Positions 24,301 to 36,894 of a stretch of 64,000 nucleotides of DNA are shown here, piece after piece. Positions within the stretch are counted from its first letter, which is position 1, and each line of letters begins with the position of its first letter. Source of the DNA: Eledone cirrhosa (taxonomy: Eukaryota); the NCBI GenBank assembly GCA_964016885.1, contig OZ024742.1:139562001-139626000 (forward strand), read 5' to 3'. The position numbers were made by a program, and so were the translations under genes. The notes under the pieces were generated by a model. That model made no database searches, was not told the origin of the DNA, and saw only the letters and a program-made list of their open reading frames with translations.

Positions 24301-25372
24301 CAAATGCAAAGTATGGGTGCATAAAAGATGTAGTGGGATCACAAATAAACAAACTAAGAACATAGATTTTATATGTGGCCAGTGCTCAGGTGCAATAAGT
24401 AGTAGCAAGTGCCCACAGGATACTAGCTCCTTCCATTGCCCGGATGGTTCTATAGAAATAATGGGCACCTTCCATTACCTGGGTGACAAAATCAGCAGTG
24501 GTGGAGGGTGCTCCGAAAGTACAGTAGCTAGAGCCGGAACGGGGTGGAAAAAGTTTGGAGCTTACACCACTATTGGCCGCTAAAGGTTTCTCCCTAAAAA
24601 TGAAAGGCAGACTGTATGATGCCTACATATGAACAGCAATATTACATGGCAGTGAGACATGGGCATTGTGTGCAGATGATCCGCGCAGACTAGTGAGGAA
24701 TGAAGCTTGCATGCTCCGTTGGATGTGTAATAGGAATAAGAGGGATCAGATGCTGTTTACTCGAGAGAAGACTACGTTGGTATGTTCACGTGATGCGCAT
24801 GAAAGACGACAGCTGTATAAAAAAGTGCAGCGCGATCAAAATAGAGGGAAGCTACGGAGTAGGCAGATCCAGAAAAACCTGGGACGATTTGATAAATTCC
24901 GACCTTACACACTTACACCTCTCCAAGACAATGTCACTGGTCCGAGATCTTTGGCGCTACACAGTAATACAGAAGAGCCGCCATGCCTAAGTACAAAGCA
25001 AAACCTACAGTCAGTAGGCACCTCCTAACCAAAAATACACCCCCACCCCACTACTCCTACCCCCACCCCTTTCTCTGTAAAGTTATGTTGGTGCCACAAC
25101 ATCCAGTCCTAAATAAATGAGGTCGTGTAGGTGTCACGACAAAAAAACACACAGTCCACACTGTAATGTGGCCATGTAGATAACACGGTAAAAACCCCCC
25201 AGTCGACACTGTAAACGTGGTTGGTATTAGGAAGGGCATACAGCCGTAGAAAATCCGCCAGACAGTCCTATACGAGCAAGACAACCAATCTTGCCTCACA
25301 TAGGACAATTCCCGTCTAAACCCATGCTAGCTTGGAAGATAGACGTTAAACGATGATGATGATGATGATGAT
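21385..25372 (+). mobile_element. RTE LINE (family A), near full length with frameshifts and stops; 5' boundary approximate
   Basis: APE RVGTMNVGTL..CVQETKW, IISAYAP, ADLNGHVG, SQIDYIL, SQHSLIV; RT QFGFV, FIDLEKAFDRVP, VGVHQGSVLSP, YADD; PHD; (GAT)n tail; (TA)n on both sides. Confidence 0.92.
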
Positions 25373-25384
25373 AATATATATATA

Positions 25385-25530
25385 TAGAGTAACATGGCTT
25401 AGTGGCTAGAGCATTGGCCTTGCAATTGAAAGGTTGTGAGTTCAATTCTCAGACAAGGTGATGTGTTGTTTCCTTGAGCAAGACACTTTATTTCACATTG
25501 CTCCAGTTTACTCAGCTGTAGAAATGAGAT
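25385..25530 (+). mobile_element. tRNA-derived SINE (family 2) 5' part
   Basis: tggcttagtgg A box, gagttcaattc B box, tgtttccttgagcaagacact core as in 39877-40160. Confidence 0.7.
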
Positions 25531-25554
25531 GATAGGGACTGGGGTCCATATCAT

Positions 25555-25702
25555 TCCACTGCAAAAAAGCACCCAGCACTCACTGTAAAAGAGGTTGGTG
25601 TTAGGAAGGGCATCCAGCTGTAGAAATCAAGCCAGAATCAGTTCCCGTCCCACCCTTGCAAGCAGGGGAAAGTGGACGTAAAATGAAATGATGAAATGAT
25701 GA
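25555..25702 (+). mobile_element. RTE 3' end fragment
   Basis: gaggttggtgttaggaagggcatccagctgtagaaatcaagcc...gtggacgtaaaatga. Confidence 0.8.
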
Positions 25703-25712
25703 TATATATTTA

Positions 25713-27801
25713 TCATCATCATCATCATCATCGTTTAACGTCCATGTTCCATGCTTGCATGGGTTTGGACGGGAGTTTTCCCACTTGAGGCAAGAGTGGT
25801 TGTCTTGCTCGCATAGGACTGTCTGGCGGGTTTTCTACAGCTGGATGCCCTTCCTAACACCAACCACATTTACAGTGTGGGACTGGGAGGTTTTTACCGT
25901 GTTGCCTACACGGCCACATTACAGCGTGGACTGTGTGTTTTTTGTCGTGACACCTACACGATCTCATTTGTTTCGGCCTGGATGCTGTGGCACCAACATA
26001 ACTTTACATTGAAAGGGGCGGTGTGGATGGGGCGGTGTGGATGGGACGGGGTGGTGGTGGGACGGGGGTGTATTTTGTTAGAGATGCCTACTGACTGTAG
26101 TAGGTTTTACTTTGTATTTAGGTAAGGCGGGTCTTCTCTATTACTGAGTACCGCCAAAGATCTCGGTCCAGTGACATTGTCTTGGAGAGGTGTAAGTGTG
26201 TGAGGTCGGAATTTATCAGGTCGTCCCAGGTTTTTCTGGGTCTGCCTACTCCGTGGCTACCGTCAATCTTTATTGCCCTGCACTTTTTTATACAGCTGTC
26301 GTCTTTCATGCGCATCACGTGACCATACCAACGTAGCCTTCTCTCGAGTAAACAACATCTGATCCCTCTTATTTCTAATTTTTCCCTTAGTTCGTTTATG
26401 CTTTGCCGTTCGCGTATATTACTATTACACATCCAGCGGAGCATGCAAGCTTCGTTCCTCTCTAGTCTGCGTATATCCTCTGCACACAATGCCCAGGTCT
26501 CACTGCCATGCAACATTGCTGTTCGTATGCAGGCATCATACAGCCTGCCTTTAATTTTTAGGGAGAACCCTTTAGCAGCTAATAGTGGTATAAGCTCTCT
26601 GAACTTTTTCCATCCAGTTCTGACTCTAGCTACTGTACTTTCAGAGCACCCACCCCCACTGCTGATTTTGTCACCCAGGTAACGGAAGCTGTCCACTATT
26701 TCTATAGAACCCTCTGCACAATTGAAAGAGCTAGTATTTAGTGGGCACTTGCTGCTACTTATTGCACCAGAGCACCGGCCACATGTAAAATCAGGGGTCT
26801 TAGTTAGCTTACCTGTGATCCCACTACATCTTTTATGCACCCATATTTTGCATTTGGGACATAAAATGGAGTTTCTACCTACGCCTTTCCTACACACTGA
26901 GCATGGCCATTTCCCGGAAGGGACCGGAGCCTTATTTTCTTTCCTACAAACTAGAACTTTAGTCTTAGCCAGGTTAATTTTAAGGCCTTTTGATTCTAGG
27001 CCGTGCTTCCATGTTTGGAATTTCTTCTCTAGCTCGGCCATTGATTCAGCTATGAGTGTTAGATCATCTGCGTATAGGAGTTCCCATGGGCAGCCGGTCT
27101 TGAACTCCACTGTTATAGCCTGAAGGGCAATAATAAATAGTAGGGGGCTAAGAACAGAGGCCTGATGAACACCAACTTTTACGCTAAACTCTTCACTATA
27201 TTCGTTGTTAATTCTAACCTTGCTGACTGTTTCTTTATACATGGCTTGTATAGCTCTCACGAGCCATTCATCAACACCTAGTTTTCTAAGAGCCCACCAG
27301 ATAATGGCATGGGGAACTCTGTCGAAGGCTTTCTCCAAGTCGACAAAAGCTAAGTATAGGGGTTTACTTTTAGCTAGGTACTTCTCCTGTAGTTGTCATA
27401 CAATGAAAAGAGCGCCTGTGGTAATTTTGCCTGATACAAACCCGAACTGCATTTCATCTAGATCAATTCGCTCTCTGATTAGTTGCGCTATTACTTTTTC
27501 CGTGACCTTCATGACCTGGTCGATTAATTTAATGCCTCTATAGTTACTCCTATCTAGGGCGTCTCCTTTACCCTTGTAGCAGTTAATGATGATGCTGCTA
27601 CGCCAGTCCTTCGGAACAACCCCATTCTGTATGACTTGGTTTACTATCCGGGTGACCATGGTGTGTCCTACCGTTCCAGAGGCTTTCAGCATCTCAGCAA
27701 CTATTTCCGAAGGCCCAGCCGCCTTACCCGTCTTCATATCTTTGATTGCCTTACTTATTATACTACCTTTGACTAACACTGCTGGTCCCTCTATTGGGTC
27801 G
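25713..27801 (-). mobile_element. RTE LINE (family A), 5'-truncated
   Basis: ORFs 27396-27779 and 26118-27338 (RT, YADD, PHD, C-terminus); 3' UTR and (GAT)n tail; the 5' end abuts (TA)n. Confidence 0.95.
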
Positions 27802-27858
27802 ATATATATATATAATCATCATCATGATATATAAATATATACATATATATATATATAT

Positions 27859-27966
27859 GAAAAGAGTCAGGACCCTGATGGGTGAGCTCCAGCCATTTCA
27901 ACTGCTAGATCCAGATCTAGCTGTCGAAATTGATGGAGCTCAGCCATCGTCATCCTGACTCTTTTC
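27859..27966. repeat. ~108-bp imperfect hairpin at the start of a short element inserted in (TA)n
   Basis: gaaaagagtcagga/tcctgactcttttc, gagctcca/tggagctc, gctagatc/gatctagc. Confidence 0.75.
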
Positions 27967-28387
27967 CTATTACCCACTCTACTACCCTAAGTATCGAGTA
28001 CTCTGGTGTGTTATGGTCCACCTGGTATCTTACCACACCTTCTTTGTTATATATATATGATGATGCAACCTTTTAGCAAATTATGTAATGTTTAATAGCA
28101 TTACCTAATTTCTGCACACGGTAGTTCCATTTGAACTGCCCCTAGCAGATGGAGTCGCAGAAACTAATGTATTGGTCCAGGACTGGAAAATCAAATTTTC
28201 TACCTACACGAAATAGATTTTCTCACTATTTAATGTATTGGTATCCACTCTAATTCCCTTGGGTTGGTGTCTTAATGATACTGACTTAATTAAATTATTG
28301 CGTGAGTGTGATAATCACTGAAGGTGTATTGATCCTATTCAATAGCTTTGTTTCAGTATTATATATATATATATATATATATGGGGT

Positions 28388-28531
28388 CGGGCATCCAGCC
28401 GTAGAAAACCCACCGGACAGTCCTATACGAGCAAGACAACCAATCTTGCCTCAAGTGGGAAAATTCCCGTCCAAACCCATGCAAGTGTGGAAGATGGACG
28501 TTAAACAATGATGATGATGATGATGATGATG
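28388..28531 (+). mobile_element. RTE family A 3' end
   Basis: gggcatccagccgtagaaaacc...ggacgttaaac(GAT)n, between (TA)n tracts. Confidence 0.88.
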
Positions 28532-28639
28532 ATATATATACACACGTGTTTATCACCACTCTCAGAACCCTTTGTGCAAACCTTAGTAGTGTGATTATTA
28601 GAAATATTAGTCTAAAGCAAATATGATTTAAGAGCTTAC

Positions 28640-28789
28640 ATGTAAGAAGTTCATATTTGGCTACGAACGACACATCAACTATAGGGTGTTCAGAATAGAA
28701 CATCACATGCAATGATTTTTTTTCACTTTGGAATGTAGGCTTTTCATCATGGCAAAACTTTTTCAGAAGAGATTTTGAATTCGATGAGT
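28640..28789 (-). CDS. CUB-C part 3 exon
   Basis: Acceptor ttttcag, donor gtaagc; 150 nt, phase 1 to 1. DSSNSKSLLKKFCHDEKPTFQSEKKSLHVMFYSEHPIVDVSFVAKYELLT. Confidence 0.88.
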
Positions 28790-28834
28790 CTGAAAATATA
28801 AAATATATAGTAGTATAGTCAATATGAAACATTG

Positions 28835-29125
28835 AGAGATATGTAATAAATGACTGACAAATTTCAGAAAGCTAGTACAATGTGAAAGAAATATATAAAG
28901 AGCATGTAGATTAGTTAGGGAAGAAAACAACGATCGTTTGTTTTTGTTTTGAAACATTTTTGTTTCAAATTTGAAAAGATGGTTAGAGCCCTGAAATACC
29001 CTGTTGAAATATACTGGATAAAACATTACTTTGTTTTGTTTTATTTGAAATCACTCGCTCTTTATATATTTCTACCACATTGTACCGGCTATCTGAAAAT
29101 AATTAGTAAATTATTATTCAATATA
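28835..29125. mobile_element. Old foldback element, related to ~1040-1190
   Basis: Shared tgttgaaatatactgg.taaaacatta.tttgttttgtttt; arms gtacaatgtg..agaaatatataaagagc and gctctttatatatttct..cacattgtac. Confidence 0.55.
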
Positions 29126-29126
29126 T

Positions 29127-29297
29127 GTCCACACTGTAAACGTGGTTGGTGTTAGGAAGGGCATCCAGCCGTAGAAAACCTGCCACACAGTCCTATACGA
29201 GCAGGACAACCAATCTTGCCTCAAGTGGGAAAACTCCCGTCCAAATCCATGCAAGCGTGGAAGTTAAACGTTAAACGATGATGATGATGATGATGAT
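29127..29297 (+). mobile_element. RTE family A 3' end
   Basis: Near identical to 1697-1861. Confidence 0.88.
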
Positions 29298-30044
29298 AGT
29301 GTTTGCATTATATATGTTGTTGGCGTTGGTAATGATGATTACAGTGCTGTGGTGTTAATGTTTGTGGTGATGGTGTTGATGGGTGTTGTTGAGGATTTTT
29401 GTGGTGGAGGGGGATAACAAATCCTGTAATTATACTTTCTGGTGGTACCCAGTTTAACAGTAATAAGGACTTCATGAGAAAAGTATTCTTTCAAGAGAGA
29501 AAGGAGAATATACCAAGGTATATCAGGAACAGTGACACATCTTGCTTTCTACAAATTCATAAATCAGCTTCAGCTAAAAACCTCAAGTCACCAAATTACC
29601 TATTGGCAGCTACTGCATACAAAACTATGGATCTGATATGCACCTAGAATTAGCAATGCCATCAAGTGCAAGTTGTAAAGATTAAGTAATCAATGACAAG
29701 ATTACCGCAAACATAAACAGTGAATAAACTGGATTCGGAGATGGCACGTTATTCAGTGTTACTGCCATGATGAACTGACTCCAAATGTCACACACTGGGC
29801 AATGTTAAGCATAGTGGGTTTGTAGGCACGTCCAAGAAGTTTGGAGATTACTTAGGGGTGAGAGAAATTCTGCTGTCCTCAGAAAATGCTACACTATTAA
29901 TCAGAACCATTTATCTGTCATTGAAACAGGTCAGGAGTGCTAAATATTGTGTGGCAGCAGACTGGTCAAAAATGGCATTACGGTTACTCACTTAAAGGGA
30001 TGGTGCAAAAATTTAAAGGATTGGAATCTAGCCTTCTGTTGTCT

Positions 30045-30506
30045 TTGAAGTATTTAACTCTGTTCCTGCACCAACCATGAGATACCACATCTATGATGGC
30101 TGATTTGCATAATGTTGAGTGGATTTGCTTATTAAATCATGGTTTTCTATAAGAATTACTAGATCTACCCATTAGTTAAGCCCCCCAACATACATGGTAT
30201 ATATATATATATTTCAATGGAAATAGACATCCGGATTTCAAATATTCCTTTAATGTTGCAGAGATATACAATACATATTACAATAGCCGGCTTACGTCAT
30301 ATATCAGGAAACACGCCATCTGGCAACTTCATCAGCTGTAATTAACATAAAAGATTTTAAAAATTTGTTTTCATTGAAGTATATAACTCTGTTCCTGCAC
30401 CAACCATGAGATACCACATCTATGATGGATGATATCTATAACATTAAGAGCCTTTGCCTATTGCATCACAGTCAGCTAATTGGTATGACTAGATTGACCC
30501 ATTAGT

Positions 30507-30508
<2 letters not shown>
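30045..30508. repeat. Two ~135-bp diverged direct repeats 330 bp apart, bracketing a degenerate hammerhead
   Basis: tgaagtat.taactctgttcctgcaccaaccatgagataccacatctatgatgg at 30046 and 30376; both end in cccattagtta. Confidence 0.75.
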
Positions 30509-30554
<46 letters not shown>

Positions 30555-31010
30555 ATGGAGAATCTAAATGCAGAAAATAACTTTAGCAATAGTCAATACC
30601 CCTAAATAATAGTTTTAGAAAATCGGATGAAATACACTTTAAAAACGAAAGATTTGGTGAACAGCCACTACAGTAAATTGAACTTTGTATCTTGAATACC
30701 AGTTCAGCGGGCTAGCCATTACATTTATGGCTGGCTGATAACAAATTCCCTCAATTTTAAGGTGATATACTAATCAGATTGAAGCTTGAACCAGAAGTAA
30801 ATCAATATTATGATTGGAATTTGAATATGTGGGGATCGAAATGTAGAAAATTATTGTAACAACAGTTGATCAGTATAAATAATAGCTTTAGAAAGATACC
30901 CATTTGAGATGCCTGCTCCAAGGGTTCTGCAATATTTCAGACAATTCACTGGTGATGAACCATGTTTTTAAGTCAACTTGGTGAATGCAACGAACATGCT
31001 TTCATTATAT

Positions 31011-31195
31011 TTGGCAGTATCAGTAGAGAGTCGGACACCATGCTTTGCAGCAAAGAGTTACGGCCCTTTATGATCTGAGTTCAAATCCCGCCAAGGTTAA
31101 CTTTGTCTTTCATCCTTATGGGGTCGATAAAATAAAGTACTAGTAATACCTTGAGATAATTGCTGGCCGTGTGCCAAAAGTAGAAACAATTATAT
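31011..31195 (+). mobile_element. SINE family 1
   Basis: Matches 4712-4900. Confidence 0.88.
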
Positions 31196-31289
31196 TAGAA
31201 GTTCTTAGTGAAACATTTGCTTAGCTGTTTGGCTAGACATGAAAACCATCAAGTATGTATATGCTAAAGGGAGGAAATTAATCGTTCAT

Positions 31290-31332
<43 letters not shown>

Positions 31333-31348
31333 ACTACAGGCTACATCT

Positions 31349-31526
31349 GAAATCAATATGATTTTAAGAGGTAAAAAGTTCCTCATACTCTCTTATTAAT
31401 TCTGATGATTCCAATCTTTTGTTTATATAATTAATTAAGTAATAATTATATGAACAAAAGTTTGGAATTATCAGAATTAATAAGAGAGTATAAGGAACTT
31501 TTTACCTCTTAAAATCATATTGATTT
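31349..31526. repeat. ~178-bp near-perfect palindrome (foldback)
   Basis: aaatcaatatgattttaagaggtaaaaagttcct...aggaactttttacctcttaaaatcatattgattt. Confidence 0.9.
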
Positions 31527-31535
31527 GAAAGAAAC

Positions 31536-33920
31536 ATCATCATCATCATCATCATCATCAACGTTTAACGTCCGTGTTCCACGCTTGCATGGGTTTGGAC
31601 GGGGGTAGTCCCACTTGAGGCAAGAGTGATTGTCTTGCTCGCATAGGACTGTCTGGCAGGTTTTCTACAGTTGGATGCCCTTCCTAACACCAACCACATT
31701 TACAGTGTGGGTCTGGGAGGTTTTTACCGTGTTGCCTACACGGCCACATTACAGCGTGGACTGTGTGTTTTTTTGTCGTGACACCTACACGATCTCATTT
31801 GTTTCGGCCTCGAAGGCGCGGCACCAACATAACTTTACATAGAACGGGGTGGTGTGGATCGGGTGGGGGTGGGGGTGGTGGGACGGGGTGTATTTTGTTA
31901 GAGATGCCTACTGGCTGGAGTAGGTTTTACTATATATTTAGGTAAGGCGGGTCTTCTCTGTTACTGAGTACCGCCAAAGGTCTCGGTCCAGTGACATTGT
32001 CTTGGAGAGGTGTAAGTGTGTGATGTCGGAGTTTATCAGCTCGTCCCAGGTTTTTCTAGGTCTGCCTATTCCGTGACTACCGTCTATCTTTATTGCCCTG
32101 CACTTTGTTATACAGCTATCGACTTTCATGCGCATCACGTGTCCATACCAACGTAGCCTTCTCTCGAGTAAACAACATCTGATCCCTCTTATCTCTAATT
32201 TTTTCCTTAGTTCGTTTATGCTTTGCCGTTCACGTATATTACTGTTACACATCCAGCGGAGCATGCAAGCTTCGTTCCTCTCTAGTCTGCGTATATCCTC
32301 TGCACACAATGCCCAGGTCTCACTGCCATGCAGCATTGCTGTTCGTATGCAGGCATCGTACAACCTGCCTTTCATTTTTAGTGAGAACCCTTTAGCAGCT
32401 AATAGTGGTATAAGCTCTCTGAACTTTTTCCAACCAGTTCTGACTCTAGCTACAGTACTTTCAGAGCACCCTCCCCCACTGCTGATTTTATCGCCCAGGT
32501 AACGGAAGCTGTCCACTATTTCTATAGAACCCGCTGCGCAATTGAAAGAGCTAGTAGTTTGTGGGCACTTGCTGCTACTTATTGCACCAGAGCACCGGCC
32601 ACATGTAAAATCTATGTTCTTAGTTAGCTTACCTGTGATCCCACTACATCTTTTATGCACCCATACTTTGCATTTAGGACATAAAATGGAGTTTCTACCT
32701 ACGCCTTTCCTACACACCAAGCACGACCATTTCCCAGAAGGGACCGCCGCCTTGTTTTCTTTCCTACAAACTAGTACTTTGGTCTTAGCCAGGTTAATTT
32801 TAAGTCCTTTTGACTCTAGGCCGTGCTTCCATGTTTGGAATTTCTTCTCTAGCTCGGCCATTGATTCCGCTATGAGTGTCAGGTCGTCTGCGTATAGGAG
32901 TTCCCATGGGCAGCCTGTCTTGAACTCCTCTGTTATAGCCTGAAGGGCAATAATAAATAGTAGTGGACTGAGAACAGAGCCCTGATGGACGCCAACTTTT
33001 ACGCTAAACTCTTCACTATATTCGTTGTTAATTCTAACCTTGCTGACTGTTTCTTTATACATGGCTTGTATAGCCCTCACAAGCCATTCGTCAACGCCTA
33101 GTTTTCTAAGAGCCCACCAGATAATGGAGCGGGGGACTCTGTCGAAGGCTTTCTCCAAGTCGACAAAAGCTAAGTAGAGGGGTTTACCTTTAGCTAGGTA
33201 CTTCTCCTGTAGTTGTCGTACTATGAAAAGAGCGTCTGTGGTACTTTTGCCTGACACAAACCCGAACTGCATTTCATCTAGGTCAATTCTCTCTCTGATT
33301 AGTTGCGCTATTACTCTTTCCGTGACCTTCATGACCTGGTCGATTAATTTAATGCCTCTATAGTTACTCCTATCTAGGGCGTCTCCTTTACCCTTATAAC
33401 AGTTAACGATGATGCTGCTATGCCAGTCCTTCGGAACAACCCCATTCTGTACGACTTGGTTAACTATGCGGGTGACCATGGTGTGTCCCACCGTGCCAGA
33501 TGCCTTCAGCATCTCAGCAACTATTTCCGAAGGCCCAGCCGCCTTACCAGTCTTCATATCCTTGATTGCCTTACTTATTATACTCCCCTCGACTAACACT
33601 GCTGGTCCCTCTATTGGGTCGATATGGGGGAGACTGCCTTTCTCCCAATTATTCTCCTCATTTAGAAGCCTTTCATAGTGACACTTCCAAGCTACCTTCT
33701 TATCAGCGTCGGTGATGGCAAGTGTGCCATCGTCGTTTAGTACACACTTCTCCCCGACAATATCACGGTTTTCCTTGACGCATTGCCTAGCAATCCTGAA
33801 CACCTCACGTTTTTGGTCATCGCGTTGTAGAACATGCTTGAACTTTCTTTCCTCAGCTTCCCTTCTTGCTAAGTACACTTGTCTCCTAGCTTCCCTCCTG
33901 GCCACTTGATAGTCCTCTCT
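31536..33920 (-). mobile_element. RTE LINE (family A), 5'-truncated, uninterrupted ORF (young copy)
   Basis: 665-aa open frame 31938-33935 with the full RT (YADD) and PHD; 3' UTR and (GAT)n tail. Confidence 0.96.
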
Positions 33921-34144
33921 ACTATAAATTAACATACGTTAATTTATTAAAATGTAATATAATTAACCGTTTTGGTCTTATTTAACATGGTAATATTTGC
34001 TCTATGTTAATTTGAACACCTTCAAACAAGGATTTCATACAACTCAAACAGAAATGTATTTAGTCTTCTGAGTTGTTCATTGTAATAAATCTCATATTTT
34101 GAGCTGTAATAATATTTCTTCTTGTTCGAAAACGATTTTTTGTA

Positions 34145-34190
<46 letters not shown>

Positions 34191-34467
34191 GTGGGGGGTG
34201 GGGGTGTTAAATATTTCCATAGAAAAGGTAGTGGGGGGTGGGGGTGTTAAATATTTCCATAGAAAAGGTAAAGGAAAAGAGTACTCCATGTATTGTACAG
34301 AAATAATTATATTGTGTTGTTTATTATGTAATTAAATATATGTATGTGTGTGTACTTAAAACCTTTGCTTAAGATTTTTTTAAAAGAAGTAATGCATCAT
34401 TTCCAAATTGTGTTTATGCTCTTTTTTAATGAGATTTTCTCTCTGTTGGTTTACATATTCCAATTAC

Positions 34468-34598
34468 CTTCATACACAGCGATGTACTTCGATTGACAGT
34501 CTTCAATTTCTTTGTTTTCTACTCCCATGTCGATGAAAAGAAACTGTAGTAGAATAGTGTCATTTTTACCCTCATTGAAAATGAACCACTTGCATGTC
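34468..34598 (-). CDS. CUB-C part 2 exon
   Basis: Acceptor gttacag, donor gtaatt; 131 nt, phase 2 to 1. TCKWFIFNEGKNDTILLQFLFIDMGVENKEIEDCQSKYIAVYE. Confidence 0.88.
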
Positions 34599-34989
34599 CT
34601 GTAACAGTAGAAACAAGACAAAACATGATAAAACAAAACCAAGAGCATCATACAAAGTAGTTTTCACTATTTGATCTGAGTGCAAATATTGCCAACATCA
34701 ACGTTACATATAATTTTATAACAAACATTCACACATCCTATATTTTAGAGACCATCTAAAAAATATTTATCTAGCTGTCCCATGTAACAGGTTATTTTTC
34801 ATTCAGGAATAAGTTGTAAGAACTCCTATATTTCTGGAATATATATCCCATGCACAATTTTGGCTTTGTCATCATTTATTATATAATTTTTACACAACTG
34901 TCATATGGTAAGCAAGGAAAGACATGCACATCTGATGACTCATTAGATTACATCATCATGTAGCATATCAAGCACAAGTTAAATTAATA

Positions 34990-35180
34990 ATTGTTTCTAC
35001 TTTTGGCACAAGGCCAGCAATTATCCCAGTGCATTACTGGTACTTTGTTTTATCGACCCTGTAAGGATGAAAGGCAAAGTTAACCTCGACGGGATTAGAA
35101 CTCAGACCATAAACAACCATAACTCTTTGCTGCAAAGCATGGCGTCCGACTCTCTACTGATACTGCCAATCAACTGCCCT
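34990..35180 (-). mobile_element. SINE family 1
   Basis: Reverse complement of the family consensus; 15-bp TSD agttaaattaataat. Confidence 0.9.
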
Positions 35181-35914
35181 GTTAGTTAAATTAATAATGC
35201 CTATACTCTATAAATGACAATCATTACTGTATGGGTAAGAAGCTCGCTTCGAGACTACAGTTTCAGGCTGTCTCATTGTGTGGCATGAAACATGGCATCC
35301 AAGCACCTTGATGTTTTTCTCAATATTACAGTTATATTCTAGACACTATCTAAAAATTTCAGTCAAGATGTTTAACCTAACAAGTATTCTTGTATTTACT
35401 CTTGAATGTCTGAGTTCCCAGGTAGCTACGACCGCAAGTGATAATTGGTCCATAATGATGATGATGATGATAGTAACAAACATCATGAATTTCTCTTGTC
35501 CAATTGTAAAAATACAGTAAATAAATCTTTCAATATACAAACAATAATAGTTTCACAAAGTGCTGGACAGCAAGCAAATTACTTCTGTATATGGAAACAT
35601 ATCTAATCTTAATGAAAAGAAAAGCATGGTGGCATATAACTTTGTATTTGAAAGTAAGCAAGTGTTCAGGAATGGTAAATTCCTCATTTTGATTCTAGTT
35701 GGAATATTAAATCTTATTGGGTTGTGGAAATCAACAAATAGATTTCTGTTGTTTTTCAGAAAGTAATATAAAAGAAAAAACACAAAAATATATTAAAACA
35801 CAAATTATTATCTTTTTTACACATGCCAATCTTTTTATATTACTCCATTGTATTACTTTATTTAATATTATAATGTTATAATGCATATTATATAATCCAG
35901 ATGTTATTTCTTAC

Positions 35915-36005
35915 CTACTGTCATCCGGAAAACTGAAAGGTGTTACATTGAAGAACTGGGTTGTCTTTTTCGCGTGAAGGAGCTTCAGAACAGGACAGTT
36001 GTTTT
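35915..36005 (-). CDS. CUB-C part 1 exon
   Basis: Acceptor tttgcag, donor gtaaga; 91 nt, phase 1 to 2. ENNCPVLKLLHAKKTTQFFNVTPFSFPDDS(R). Confidence 0.82.
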
Positions 36006-36894
36006 CTGCAAATAATTGGAGTAATCCATGTATAATAATGAGTGTAATGTTTTTTATTTGTGTGTGTGTGTGTGTGTTTGTTCTCTGTCATGCTAAAGAA
36101 GTAGTGTGGAAGTAAGGGGCTGTCAAATGACAAATACAGAGTGAGTGACAAGTAAAATGAAATTGGGTGAAAAGATGTGTTTCTCACACTGCCTGACTGG
36201 GAAGCAAAGAAAAGTGAATGAAAACTCGCAGTTGTAATAGTATGATGAAAGAACTTTCTGGAACAATGATAACTAGATGTAAATATTTCAATAACATTTT
36301 CTCGTAAATTGTGTATCATAGTCAGGTCAGTCATCTGCTTGCTAATGGTGAGTACTCTCAGTCACTTAACGCCATGGAAACCAAGATAAACACTGGCCTG
36401 ATGAGCCTCCAGGTTCGAGACAGACTTTAGACCTTTAGACTTCATGGTGAGTGGTCCACTAATATGTCTCAGGCAATCACTTTAAGCAGTTTTAAACTAA
36501 TTACAAATCATAAGTAGGGCCAAATTTAATGGGGTCAAAGGGGGTAATTACGCCAGGCCCCCTGCAGTGGAGGGCCCACAAGCAACGGCCATAGCAATTT
36601 ATATGTGTCCTTTGCTGGGCTTTTTAGTTTTATCTTTTTGACAGTGACAACTACATTTTTAACAAAAAGCATTTAATGTCCTTACTGTATCAAAAGTCAT
36701 CAAATGTCTGGTCATAGACTGTGATAACCTGTCCAGTATGAGAAATGGACATGAAATGAGGATGGTTAGATTTTTAGAATTTAATACCTATATGTATAAC
36801 TTTTCAATTCCAATTACTTGCGCCAAGCCAAATTTGATTTGTAAAATTGTGGGTTTGCTGTGTATTTTCCTTTTTTTTTCTTTGTGTGTGTGTG

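Noticed and set aside
26398-27834. Recurrent plus-strand ORFs conserved across copies (also 32128-33909, and minus-strand 50951-51892)
   Set aside because: Antisense shadows of the RTE ORF, repeated only because the element is repeated.
36396-36425. GGCCTGATGAGCC (also at ~39900 on the minus strand) as a hammerhead
   Set aside because: It is part of the SINE family 2 tail, with no GAAA or stem III.
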